A stretch of DNA of 64,000 bases from Octopus sinensis (GCF_006345805.1 NC_043006.1:71548001-71612000); one strand, 5' to 3'; shown: positions 42,005 to 55,300, counted from the first letter of the stretch. Program-made: numbers and translations. The notes: generated from the sequence alone by a model not told the origin.

Positions 42005-42468
42005 CATATATATATATTTTTTTATCATATGAGAGACGGTAATCTTACTATAGGTATATATTAAGCCATTTAAGCAACATTCAGATTTCCCTTATAACAA
42101 GAGACAGGAAGAACAGGGATGATTCGTTAAGTGTGTGTATACATATATACATACACATACACCCATATACATAAATCCCATGCGCAATACTACACACTGA
42201 CATGTGTGTTGACAGATACATACAAACCTACTACGCAACCACAAATATACATATATACACACATATAAATACAACGCGCAGTAGCACACAGATTCACTTT
42301 TATGTGTGTGTCTATATGTAAATTTTTTTTTTTACAATAACCAGTTAACGCAATATGTGAGGTCCGGTTACATTTTTATAATTTTTAAGTAAACAATGAT
42401 TTAAATGTTTTGCCAAATCTGGTCTTTGAAACTGCCTGAAGAGCCAAATTTAGCGAAACGTAATGTCA

Positions 42469-42522
<54 letters not shown>

Positions 42523-43503
42523 GCACACATACAACGAACCACAAAAAGTCTTTGCCCCTAACCCATCGCTCTAACTGCTAGAGATAGCAGCCACAGCTCT
42601 CTCAAACCACACCCACCATCTTAAAAAAGAGAAAGACATTAAATAATATCCGAAATGCAGTTAAACAGATGGGACGGTCGTGAGTGGAATGCCTTTGATC
42701 AAGGTTGACAGAGTTGAGGCAGAAGAACAACTCGATCTGTATATAATGTACTACACTCATAAACAGCCGGTAAACCTGTTGGTATATATACATATATAGA
42801 TATATATAGATACATGTATATTCACACAGTATATGGTTACAAGTTGTATGCCGTATATCATATCATACATCGCTGTGTGTATATATAAAGAAAAAATAGT
42901 GCGTTTTAAAAATTAATAGTGTGGTGTATGTGAATGGGTAAGTGTGTATAACTGACAAACATAGTCTTATATATATTAGACTATATCTATGACATATTTT
43001 ATATATCAGGTACACATAAGGGGTGAGTGATATGAAAAGAGAAAATGGACAGGAAAAGATGAATAAAAAAGAAAGTAGATTTGTTTGATATCAGTTTAGA
43101 CTTTGATCAATTAAAACACAAATACACATACACGCATATCTACACGAGTCTTTATCTATATTTAAATGCATCTCAAAGGAGTATATATATATTTGCATAT
43201 ACACGCCATATTAGTTGGTCTATGTGTGTATATATATATATAAACCACATAACGCATTAAATTTATATACATACATATATATATATATATATATAGATAT
43301 ATATATATATATATATGTATATATAAGCATATGTATAGATACAGGTATATATAATAAATAACTATTGACACCCACATAGATTTTAGATTTATATATAAAC
43401 AATACCTCTACAGAAACAAATGTATTTGAGTGCAAGTATATATATATATATATATACGTGTATCTATCTTTCATGTGTGTTGTAATGGAGTAATAGGACT
43501 TAC

Positions 43504-43596
43504 CTCTCGTGCTATCTGATCCAAAGCTTGATCCTCGGCCGTATAGGCTTTCGTTGTTATTCTTCTTCGTCCTGAGTTGGCGGCTGTAGAAGTCAT
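43504..43596 (-). CDS. LRRFIP: First coding exon of leucine-rich repeat flightless-interacting protein (LRRFIP1/2 homolog)
   Basis: Translates to MTSTAANSGRRRITTKAYTAEDQALDQIARE, matching the LRRFIP N-terminus as I recall it (SGRKR...TAEDDALNQIARE). Context gccaaaATG, 93 nt, strong phase-0 donor gag|gtaagt at the boundary before AEARLAAKR. Too short for the ORF track. Confidence 0.9.
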
Positions 43597-45140
43597 TTTG
43601 GCGAATATTTTACAAACCTTTATTCCACTTCTTCCTCTTCCACTACTCCTTTGATTTAACGTTTATCAATTAATTAACCTAACTTATTAATTAAATTAAC
43701 CTCCTCGCATGTATGTAGACGTTGACATAAAGGGTTGCGGTAATAATATATATCCTTATGTGCGTTTACATGATATCATATTATATACACCATTGTGTGA
43801 GAAAAGGAAGACCCAACCCAAAATGTATTTGGTGTCGCCACAGGTTGTTTTACAAATATGTTTAGCAATATAATGTATATGAATATGTGTGTGTATAAGA
43901 TTGTGTGAGCACTAGATGCCAAAGGTATTGTATTTATAGTTATGTATATTCATGTGCGTAAGCGTGTGTAAATATATCTAACTAGCAGTCTGTGCGTACG
44001 TAAAAAGGTAGTGTCGGTATTCCCCGGCACTTACAGATCGATAAATTATTATTATTAATAGTGTAAATCAGAATCATATACATGTATGTAAATGGGAATA
44101 GTGAAACCTCCAAGCACTACATTACATACAACAGCTACCTCCTATCATATAATGAAATTTTCTTATTGCGGGTGTTGTTGTAACGTACACACAGACACAA
44201 GCATACACATACAGTTAATTATAAGGAGGAGGAGGAGGAGGATTTTTTTGGGTTTTTTTTTTGCTATAAAAGGTTAATTATCGATTTTGTAGTCCCGGTA
44301 AAATAAATAAATAAAAACTTGTGATAAATCCAGAAAGACACAGAATATAATATATATATAGGAAGAGAGATAAAAGGAAGACAGCAACGAGATGTGTTAT
44401 TATTTTTTTCTCTGCTGTCTTGCCTCTTTTCTTCCACAGCAATCTGAAGTTGAGGAGTTTGTTGTATCGATGGAGTGACAATCAGCTGGACATGAAGCAC
44501 ATGGATTTAAATATATATATTTGACAACGGATGGAACGGAACACAACTTGATTTTGGTTGTTTCTAAACTGACGATATATCGTCTATAAATATATATACA
44601 TCTATCTGCGTGTATATATATACTTCTATAAAGAGAGAAGGAGAAGAGAGAGACAGAACAGAAAATTCTGAAACAATTCAATCCACCATTTTTTGTCTCT
44701 CGTTCTCTCTCTCTTTCTCTTCTCTCTCCTTCTTTTCCTTTCTATCTCTTCCTTTTCTCTCTTTCTAGCTCTCTCTTGCTCTCTAACTCTCAAGTTATCA
44801 GTAAACACCCGGATGTCAGCCTCGCTTTCACTCAGTTTCAGCCGAAGTAACTCTAGCGTCTGCTGGGACAGAGCATTCAACCGGAAGTTCGATGGGTACC
44901 TTTCTACAAAAGTCATAGGCAACCTGCAACGCGTGAGATCTTTTCAGTAAAGCAGACCGCTTTTCGAAGAAAGGTTGCCCATGCCTGTTCTATACGAACA
45001 CTTAATCTGCTAGAAATAATTGTCAAATCTCTCACAAATCGTATCCTACCGTCTTGAATGTTTCTCGCATGGGGTTTAATAAACGAGGGCTCGAGGTCCA
45101 GCAACAAGACTTCCTGTTCAGATACAGCTATAGCATTCAT
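43597..45140 (-). promoter_or_regulatory. Probable LRRFIP 5' UTR/promoter region
   Basis: Unique CpG-retaining sequence with a GA-rich tract (44630-44790) directly upstream of the start codon. TSS not located. Confidence 0.45.
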
Positions 45141-48100
45141 AGCCTTGTGGTTAAGAAGTTTCTTTCGTAATCCCGAGGCGCAGGGTTTCATCCCACTGCA
45201 CTGCACCTCGTGCAAGTGTTTTATACTTACATTCAGTGTAGTCACTTGACTGAATCGGTAGAACATTGCGCGAAACATCTTTTGACATTTGCGTTTTTTT
45301 TACTCCAAATAAATTCCGGTCCAGATGGACATCTTTTATTAATTTTCCAAGGGTCACTAAAATGATAAAAATGACAGTACTAATCAAATACGCTGACGTC
45401 GAAGGTAGTCTTTCTTTGACGAAGGGTCTGTCCCAAAACGTTAGTATTTTCCTCTCCCAAAAACATTTCAAGAGAGTTCCATTTTAGGTTCAAACATTAC
45501 TAAAGTTGGCGTCTCTTTTCAACTTTGTGGGGGAGGGGCGGGTCTCAGTAAAAATGAAGTACCAGTTATTTGCTATATTCAACAAGGTCCTCCCTAAAAA
45601 TTTGTGTCCTTGTCAATGTTAGCAATCAATGCTACAGTTATATTAGCACAAAATTAACAGTTCATAAGAATGTGTGTTTAAGAAGCTTGTTTTGTGAGTG
45701 GATAGTTCCAGGTTCAATCCCACTGCATGGTACCTTAGTCAAGTGACATTTCCTATTGCCCTGGGCCAACCAATGCCTTGTGAGTAAATCTGGTAGACTG
45801 AAACTGTGTGGAGGACTATCAGAACTGCAGATGTGGCTGTGTGGTAAGAAGCTTGCTTCTCAACCACATGGTTCTGGGTTCAGTCCCACTGCGTGGCACC
45901 TTAGGCAAACGTTTTCTACTATAGCCTCAGGCCAACCAAAGCCTTGTGAGTAGATTTGGTAGACGGAAACTGAAAGAAGCCCATCATATATAATTTAAAA
46001 TGTATATATTTGTGTGTTTGTCACCCCACCATCACTTGACAGCTGATGTTTGGGTGTTTGCACCCCCTAAAACCTCCCTGTAACTCAGAAGTTTGGCAAA
46101 AGAGCGATAGAATAAGTGTTAGATTTACAAAGGATAAGTCCTTGGATCGATTTGTTTGACAAAAGGCTGTGCTCCAGCATGGCCGCAGTCAATTGACTGA
46201 AACAAATAAATGAATAATATGTATATATACATAAATATACATTATATACACAAATGTGCGTCTGTATATGTACCTCATAGTCAGTATTGGTTTGTTTATA
46301 TCCCTATAACTTAGTTGTTCAAGAAATCAAAAGAACACCTATCAGATTTTAAAATAAGCATTATGGTCGATTTGTTCAAGTGCAGTTCCCCAGAATGACT
46401 GCAGACCAGTGAGTTGTTTGTTCCTTCTCGAGCCACGCCTAGCTCATAGGTCTGGCTTCCCGGTTTCCTTGGCATATAGATTCCCCACCTGGATGGGATG
46501 CCAATCCGTCGCAGGTGAGCTGCAAGATGCATGAGGAAAGACTGAGAGAAAGTTATGGTGAAAGAATCAGCAGAAGTTTGCCATTACCTTCTGCTGGATC
46601 CGCGTGGAGCTTAGGTGTTTCGCTCATAAACACACACATCGCCCGGTCTGAGATTCGAACCTGCGATCCCTCAACTGCAAGGGCACTGCTCTAACCACTA
46701 GGCTATGTGCCTCCACAGTCTAGTGAGTAAAATAACTAAAACATAAATGACAAAAGATATATTTTGATATTAACATGTATTAGGGCAGCAAGGTGGCAGA
46801 ATCATTAGCACACCGGGCAAAATGCTTAGGGGTATTTCGTCTGCCATTACGTTCTGAGTTCAAATTCCACCAAGGTTGACTTTGCCTTTCATCTTTCCAG
46901 AGTCAATTAAATAAGAACCAGCTATGCACTGGGGTCGATGTAATCGACTTAATCCCTATGTACTTGTTCGACCCCACTATGTTTATCATCCCCATCTGTG
47001 GTCAATAAAGTAATAAATATTAACATGTATACCTCTTTATATAATTGTGGAGGAAACCTGTGGAAGGGGTAGACTCAAGAAGACGTGGGACAAAGTGGTA
47101 AGAAAGGATGTTCAGTCACTGGGCCTCACTGAGGAAATGACAAGGGGCCAGGAATTGTGCTGGTTTGCTGTACTTGAGAAAACGCGTCAAGTTAAATAAA
47201 ATCATTGTCGTCCATACATACAGACTTGTCCTTTACAGCTACTGGTACCACATAAAATGCATTCGTGCTGGTGCTGCATAAATGCACCCATACCATTGGC
47301 ACATAAAAAGCACCCAACACACTCTGTAAAGTGGTTGGGGTTAGGAAGAGCAATCAGCCATAGAAACCATGCCACAACAGACAATTGGAGTCTGGACAGC
47401 TCCTATCAAACTGTCCAACTCATGCCAGCATGGAAAACAGATGTTAAACAATGAGGATGATCATGATGATATAGGCTGGTCCACAGGCCTATTTCTCAAG
47501 AGTTTCCATGTATAACATACAGTTGCTTATTCAGATAAGTCAAACTGAGCAGAAAGACATATCATTTTGATGGCAGATGTATTGTAGAAAAAATTCTAGA
47601 ATTACAGAATAACAGGATAATGGTTTAGTTTAATTAAAACTACTGCACAGTACAATTTGTATTGAGCATTACAATAAACACTGAGAATGTACAGAGAATA
47701 GACTTCCTCAAATATCCAGGAAAATCCTTAGAAGTGCTTGAGAACACACATCAAGGTAAGTAAAACTGTGGTTGTCCATACAACCAGGCATGTTATCTAC
47801 ATCCCTGTCTCAGCCAAGAGGTCCTTGTCTTGAGGGCTCATGTATGCTGATTCCACACAGTAGCATTCATATCGGTGTCACATCAAATCCGTCTGTGGAA
47901 CCTGGGCGGCTCTCCAGTTAGTCAGCTCCTGCCAAACCATCCACCCTATGCCAGCATAGAAAATGAGCATTAAATAATGATGATGATCATCATCATACAT
48001 ACATATATATATATACATGGGTGCCAATTACTTGATGCATGTTTCCATTGACTACAATTAGGATTTCACTTGGCTTGACAAGTCTTCTTAAGTACAGCAT

Positions 48101-48741
48101 GTTGCAAAAGGTCTTGGTCACTTGTCATCCCCTCTGTGAGGCCCAACATTCAAAGGATGCTTTTTACATGCCACAGGCATAGGTGCCAGTTGTGTGACCT
48201 TTAATAATTGAGTTTTCCCAATTAGGCTTGACCAGAGGCTAAACACTATAGTTAGTTTAGCCCCAGTCAGACCTGAGGTCAAACGTGTTCTACCCATGAC
48301 TTTCCTGTGTTTTTCTTAGATCTAAATAACAACTGTATTTCCCTTGAAAACCCAGGCCCAAATCAGTAACCTCAATTAGGTATGAGTAAAAAGATTAAAC
48401 ATAGTTATAACATGTTTAAATTTGGAAGTAATAATTGCATATTGTACTACCATAAGAAAATGAACCAACACATAACCAAGCATGCTTATCTCAATAATGA
48501 CAACAAAATTTTTTACAGAAAACAAAAGACGAAAACAGGTGAAGGAACAAGAAGCAAGTGTATTTGTTTAATACTCAGGAAGAATGGAAAAGTCTTTGAC
48601 ATTTCAAGCCTATGCTCTGCAACAGAAAGAATTGAGAGGGAAAGAAACAGAGTGAGAACAAAAATAAAAAACAGAGTGAGAAAAAAATGTGTAGGGACTA
48701 ATGGTTCAACATGATAAAATGGCTGGAAGAAGGAGGCTGAG

Positions 48742-48771
<30 letters not shown>

Positions 48772-48777
<6 letters not shown>

Positions 48778-49046
48778 TATGACAATAAGGGTTTTTGCAA
48801 CAAGTTGCTTGACCACATACTGAAAATTTTAGAAATAGCAGCCAAAGGACTACTATTTCCTTTTACTACAAAAATATGTCTCTACAGACAACAATATCCA
48901 TAACTCACATATGGCAAAAAAAAGAAGAAAAATAATGAAATCAGTCTTCTTTTTTTTTTGCTATATGTGAGTTACAAATATTGTTGTCTGTGGAGACATA
49001 TGTGCTCAAGCAACTTGTTGCAACATCCCTTATTGTTATAATTGTA
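48772..49046. mobile_element. Fold-back MITE flanked by TA (Tc1/mariner-type)
   Basis: tacaattatgacaataaggg..tgcaacaagttgcttga pairs with tcaagcaacttgttgca..cccttattgttataattgta. Inner arms (atatgtctctacagacaacaatat / atattgttgtctgtggagacatat) are also inverted. Confidence 0.8.
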
Positions 49047-49162
49047 TAAGTTTTTACCGAATATGGTCCTTTTCCATACCGAAATACAACTAGGTGAAAT
49101 TTGTTGATTTTATTAAATTAATTATATTTCACACTATATCTGTAATGTGTATATATATATAT

Positions 49163-49197
<35 letters not shown>

Positions 49198-49371
49198 TTA
49201 ACATCCGCTTTCCATGCTAGCATGGGTTGGACGATTTGACTGAGGACCGGCAAAGCAGATGTCTGCACCAGGCTCCAATCTGATCTGGCAGAGTTTCTAC
49301 AGCTGGATGCCCTTCCTAATGCCAACCACTCCGAGAATGTAGTGGGTGCTTGCCCCAGCATGGCCACAGCC

Positions 49372-49404
<33 letters not shown>

Positions 49405-49413
49405 TATATACAT

Positions 49414-49493
<80 letters not shown>

Positions 49494-49507
49494 ATATATA
49501 TATATAT

Positions 49508-51820
49508 ACTAGCAGTATCGCCCAGCGTTGCTCGGGTTTGTAAGGGAAATAACTATATAAGCATTTTTAGAGATGTAAAGTATAATAGCCATCTCAATAT
49601 GGCTGACCACAAAGGGGGGTGTTACTGTAGCTTTTCACGTTTTGAGATTTAATAATACATTTTAGAGTTACTTCCCTTATATAAACCGAGCGAAAATACA
49701 TTAAAAATGCGGAAAAATTATGGTAATTTTTTTTTTTAATCGTAGACTCATCGTAGACACGCGCTAATACCCAGAAGGGCTTGATATGAATCACGACTAT
49801 AAGATACCCGCTTTTGGTTACACTGCACCGCAAAATGTGGGAGTAGTTAGGAATCTAAATCGTAGGAGACAGACACCACACAACCTCTCTTTTATATATA
49901 TAGATATACTAGCAGTATCACCCAGCGTTGCTCGGGTTTGTAAGGGAAATAACTATATAAGCATTTTTAGAGAGTTATAGCCAAAAAATAGCAAAAAAAA
50001 TGCATCAAAAATGGAAAAAAATGATGGTAAAATATTTTTTTAAATCGTTGACTTTTCGTAGACATTTTTAGAGAGTTGCTTCCCTTATATAATAGCGAAA
50101 AAATGCATTAAAATGGAAAAAAATGATGGTAAATTATTTTTAAAATCGTAGACGCGCGCTAATACCCAGAAGGGCTCGATATGAATCACGACTATAAGAT
50201 ACCCGAATTTGGTTAAACTGCACCGCAAAATGTGGGAGTAGTTAGGAATCTAAATCGTAGGAGACAGACACTTACACAACTTCACTTTTATATATATAGA
50301 CTAGCAGTATCGCCCGGCGTTGCTCGGGTTTGTAAGGGAAATAACTATATAAGCATTTTTAGAGAGTTATAAAAAATAGCAAAAAAATGCATTAAAAATG
50401 GAATAAAAAATGATGGTAATTTTTTTTTTAAATCGTTGACTCATCGTAGACATTTTTAGAGAGTTACTTCCCTTATATAATAGCGAAAAAATGCATTAAA
50501 ATCGAAACAATGATGGTAAATTTTTTTTTAAATCTTAGACTCATCGTAGACGCTTTCTTAGCCATTTCTGTTTTGGTGTCTTCAAGCCATGAAATCGTTG
50601 TTCTAAAAGAACGCTGGTCTCCTTGACAACGCTTTACGACGTTGATTTCCTTAAACTCCCTTCCCCATAGCTTCGCGAGGGAGGGAAGAAGGGGGTGAAG
50701 CAAACAGGTGCAGGTGTGACCATGGACGCCAACTCCGCCGCCATTGACACACGAAAAATTATGCATTAAAATGGAATAAAAAATGATGTTAAATTATTTT
50801 TAAAATCGTAGACTCATCGTAGACGCGCGCTAATAGCCAGACGGGCTCGATATTAATCACGACTATAAGATACCCGAATTTGGTTAAACTGCACCGCAAA
50901 ATGTGGGAGGAGTTAGGAATCTAAATCGAAGGGGACAGACACTCACACAACTACAGTTTTATATATATAGACTAGCAGTATCGCCCGGCGTTGCTCGGGT
51001 TTGTAAGGGAAATAACTATATAAGCATTTTTAGAGAGTTACTTCGTTTATAGATGCCAATTCGGGCTTTCTTAGCCATTTCTGTTTTGGTGTCTTCAAGC
51101 CATGAAGTCGTTGTTCTAAAAGAACGCTGGTCTCCTTGACAACGCTTTACGACGTTGCTTTCCTTAAACTCCCTTCCCCACAGCTTCACGAGGGAGGGAA
51201 GAAGGGGGAGAAGCAAACACAGGTGCAGGTGTTTGAGCGTGGACGCCAACTCCGCCGCCATCGACACACGAAAAATTATGCATTAAAATGGAATAAAAAA
51301 TGATGTTAAATTATTTTTAAAATCGTAGACTCATCGTAGACGCGCGCTAATAGCCAGACGGGCTTGATATTAATCACGACTATAAGATACCCGAATTTGG
51401 TTAAACGGCACCGCAAAATATGGGAGGAGTTAGGAATCTAAATCGAAGGAGACAGACACTCACACAACTACAGTTTTATATATATAGATATATATATGTA
51501 TGTATGTATGTATATGTATATATTGTTTGTAGAAATACATAAATCCAAAGAAGCGCACTCTAAGATGTAGAGTAGTTAATATTATAATGGGGGAGGCTGG
51601 TTTAGGGGGTTAATCTGGATTTCTCACTCATACGGAACCAGCATGATGCGGCGGGGCTAAACCAGCATATGCTGCCGGGCCCCCACTGCTGATATTGGGG
51701 GTTGCATTCTATGTCTTGACCCGAGCATAGAACGGGGCCCTTTGAGCTGAAAAATTAATGGAATGCCTGGTGTGTCTAGTTGTGGCTACCCGCTCCTAAA
51801 AAATTGGGAATAGGCCTGGG

Positions 51821-51854
<34 letters not shown>

Positions 51855-52370
51855 CTAGCAGTATCGCCCGGCGTTGCTCGGGTTTGTAAGGGAAATAACT
51901 ATATAAGCATTTTTAGAGAGTTACTTCCTTTATAGATGCCAATTCGGGCTTTCTTAGCCATTTCTGTTTTGGTGTCTTCAAGCCATGAAGTCTTTGTTCT
52001 AAAAGAACGCTGGTCTCCTTGACAACGCATTACGACGTTGATTTCCTTAAACTCCCTTCCCCACAGCTTCACGAGAGAGGGAAGAAGGGGGAGAAGCAAA
52101 CACAGGTGCAGGTGTTTGAGCGTGGACGCCAACTCCGCCGCCATCGACACACGAAAAATTATGCATTAAAATGGAATAAAAAATGATGTTAAATTATTTT
52201 TAAAATCGTAGACTCATCGTAGACGCGCGCTAATAGCCAGACGGGCTCGATATTAATCACGACTATAAGATACCCGAATTTGGTTAAACTGCACCGCAAA
52301 ATGTGGGAGGAGTTAGGAATCTAAATCGTAGGAGACAGACACTCACACAACTACAGTTTTATATATATAT
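49508..52370 (+). mobile_element. Five copies of a non-autonomous Helitron-like element, four of them head-to-tail
   Basis: Each starts actagcagtatc(g/a)ccc(a/g)gcgttgctcggg (49508, 49908, 50300, 50971, 51854) and ends gacagacac..caac..ttttatatatata(gat). These ends resemble Lep1/Helentron-type elements. Confidence 0.7.
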
Positions 52371-52389
52371 ACCTCGCTTAGAGATTTAT

Positions 52390-52432
<43 letters not shown>

Positions 52433-52580
52433 GTGAAATAGAAAGATGAATAATCTTGTAGTAGATTAATCACAAGTTTAACCGATACCTTAGTAGCAAA
52501 ATCACAGCAGTGAACAGCACGGTTGGAGGTACAACCATCTGGCGTTGCAACCGTGCGTTGGTGCGGATAATTGAAATTAA

Positions 52581-52708
52581 AACATTATTGGTGAATTGAA
52601 GAAATGGAGCTGAACGCAGATTGAACAGAAATCGTTTTCTGTTCAATCTGAAATCGTTTTCTGTTCAATCTGCGTTCAGCTCCATTTCTTCAATTCACCA
52701 ATAATGTT
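52581..52708. repeat. Perfect 51-bp inverted repeat with a 26-nt spacer
   Basis: 52581-52631 is the exact reverse complement of 52658-52708. Confidence 0.95.
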
Positions 52709-53099
52709 ATATATATATATTATATATATATATTGCCCACACTCAAACGCATGCACATATACACAAAATATTTTATTAATTTGTGCAGAGACACTATCTA
52801 CATTGATCCTCGTAACTTATTTTATGAACAGCTTAAAGATCGGGTTAGGTAAAAGTCGACCTGGGAAAATTGAACTCAGAACTTAAGGGGAGGTAACAAA
52901 ATACTACAACACCTACGCTCAACCAATCTTGCAAACTTAAACAGGAATATGTAAATAAATGCCTTTTTAATCCCTCTGACTTATCGGTTCTAAGAAAACC
53001 CTGCTTACCAAGGGAATTCCGTGTATATATCTAGTTTCAGTTCCCCTTCCCGTAAAGTTTTTCATTCTCTACGCTGAAAGGTTTGCAATCTAGAGAAAG

Positions 53100-53790
53100 C
53101 ACTTTTTTAAAAAAAGAAATACCGACAAAGTAAACTGTTGCGTGACGTCATGTACCTGGCCGTTCGCGCTAATTTACCAACTTTGTAAACAACCCAACCA
53201 TCTGCCTGTCTGCTGACTTACCTGACTGACTGACTTTACAGGAGAGTCCCGTGTCAAACTACTTAGCTGTGTGAACCACAGGGAGTTCTATATATCATCG
53301 CGCAATCTGTTAGAAATAGCAGCCAAATTTTCCCACAAATTACATCCCTAATAACTTGTAAAAGAAGAAATACATTAGATAACTGCGTATCTAACTTGAA
53401 TTAGATTGGATAGGATCCAATGTCGGCCAAGCTTGATACGCAATATCCCAGAGAAAGACTTTATGATACTATGGAACGATTTTGATCAGAGGTCTGCTGA
53501 GTCAGGGCTGACCTGGGGCTGAACAACAATAGTAACGTGTATCACGTGACTGTAAAATTACAGGTCAGCTCCCAGATAAATAATTTATCTTTGTTCTTTA
53601 TTAAGGTGTCTTGTTCGTCCACCTTTCTTTCACTTCTCCCTCTCTCGAGTGTGCGTGTGTGTGAGAGAGAAGCGGGGAGAGAAATCTGAGAGGGCGGGAG
53701 AGCTATGTAAGGCATGTTAAATAAAAACACGCCCAACCAAAGGTGGCGAAGGTGTATGAAACTGCGAAATGAACGAAACATTATCTGTTG
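53100..53790. promoter_or_regulatory. Possible promoter/enhancer in a CpG-retaining block
   Basis: CRE palindrome tgacgtca at 53143-53150, E-box cacgtg at 53543-53548, GC box gggcgg at 53692-53697 and a strong minus-strand donor (cag|gtaagt) at 53217-53221. Confidence 0.3.
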
Positions 53791-55140
53791 AACAACTAAA
53801 CTAGTTAACTCCATATATACACCACCGACATTACTACATTACCTATCACTTATCACTTAACATCAGCATCATCATTATCATCATCATCGTCATAATTCTC
53901 ATTACCGGCACTATCGTCGTCAGATCATCGTAGTCGTCGTCGTCGCCATTAACTTTGTCGTCGTCATCTTAATCATCATCATCGTCATCATCATCATCAT
54001 CATCATCAGCAGCATCATCAACAACAACAACATCATCATTTTAATGTCTACTCTTCTTTTGCCATCAAAGATCAAATCCCAACCAGCTATCCCTGTTTTT
54101 CGCTACCACTCATTTTAATCTTACCCAAAAGTTGGACAGCAACAGAACGGAAAGAGTGGACCATACTATTCTCATTACTCTCTAAACCTCCCTATTTGTA
54201 GAATCATCACAGTTTCAAAGTCTGAGTGATCCCTTTTTTTTTTGTCTTTTAGGTTTCATATATTTATTGAATGGTTTAAACAGAAGAATAACAGCAGCAC
54301 CACACACACACACACGTACATACACACACACAAACACACACACACACAAAGCCTTTTTGAGTAGCTCTGGTATAGGAGTGATTGCAACAATGTGTACCCT
54401 GCTAAAGCACATCTATTCTTTTATTCTTTTACCTGTTTCAGTCATTTGACTGTGGCCATGCTGTGATGTTGTTATTGATGATGATCATGACGACGACGGC
54501 GATGATTATGATGTTGATTATGATGATGATAACGGTGATGATAATGAGGATGATTAAGATGATGACAACAAAGTTAATATTACCTTCATATGAGGGCCAA
54601 AAAGGTGATATTAAATGAAAACAAAGATGAAGTTATAGATTAAGCTTGAGACAGTTTTTCACATAGTTTCTGAATCAAATTCACATATGAGGTTTTGGTT
54701 GGGTCTGAGATCAAAGTAGCAGACATTTGCTCAGAGTATATACTAATCATTCCTTTTTTCTTTTTTTGTTAATGTGCAATTGGTTCAAGAAAAGATCTGT
54801 TTACATACTCAAACATGCATAGTTTAATATGAGCATAATAACAGATGATAGTCGTGGCTTTGAGTTTTGTGTGAAGGTGACCCTCTACACTCATCAGATG
54901 GGCACGTTATGGATTTGAATTGAAAATGGCAGTTGCAGAAGTTCTGATGGTAAAGTTTTCTACAGTGGAAAATCTAATGATACCCCAAATCCCATAGGTC
55001 TACAGAACCAATGCTTTCCTCTTGTCTACTTAAGTGCTGTTATTTAACCCCAGGTCAGCCCTGATCCTGCAGATCTGTATTCTAAATCTCTCTAGCCTTG
55101 ATCATTCCATCTTTATTATATAACCAGGACTTTATTATCT

Positions 55141-55300
55141 AGGAGTGGCTGTGTGGTATGTAGCTTGCTTGCCAACCACATAGTTCCGAATTCAGCCCCA
55201 CTGCGTGGCACCTTGGGCAAGTGTCTTCTACAATAGCCTTAGGCCAACCAAAGCGTTGTGAGTGGATTTGGTAGATGGAAACTGAAAGAGGCCCATCGTA

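Noticed and set aside
44626-45278. 98- and 121-aa ORFs upstream of LRRFIP
   Set aside because: Partly GA-microsatellite and SINE sequence, no recognisable domain; more likely UTR/promoter.
51016-52150. Repeated 83-aa ORF (also 50473-50766) as a small gene family
   Set aside because: It lies antisense within the repeated Helitron-like cassette; recurrence reflects the DNA repeat.
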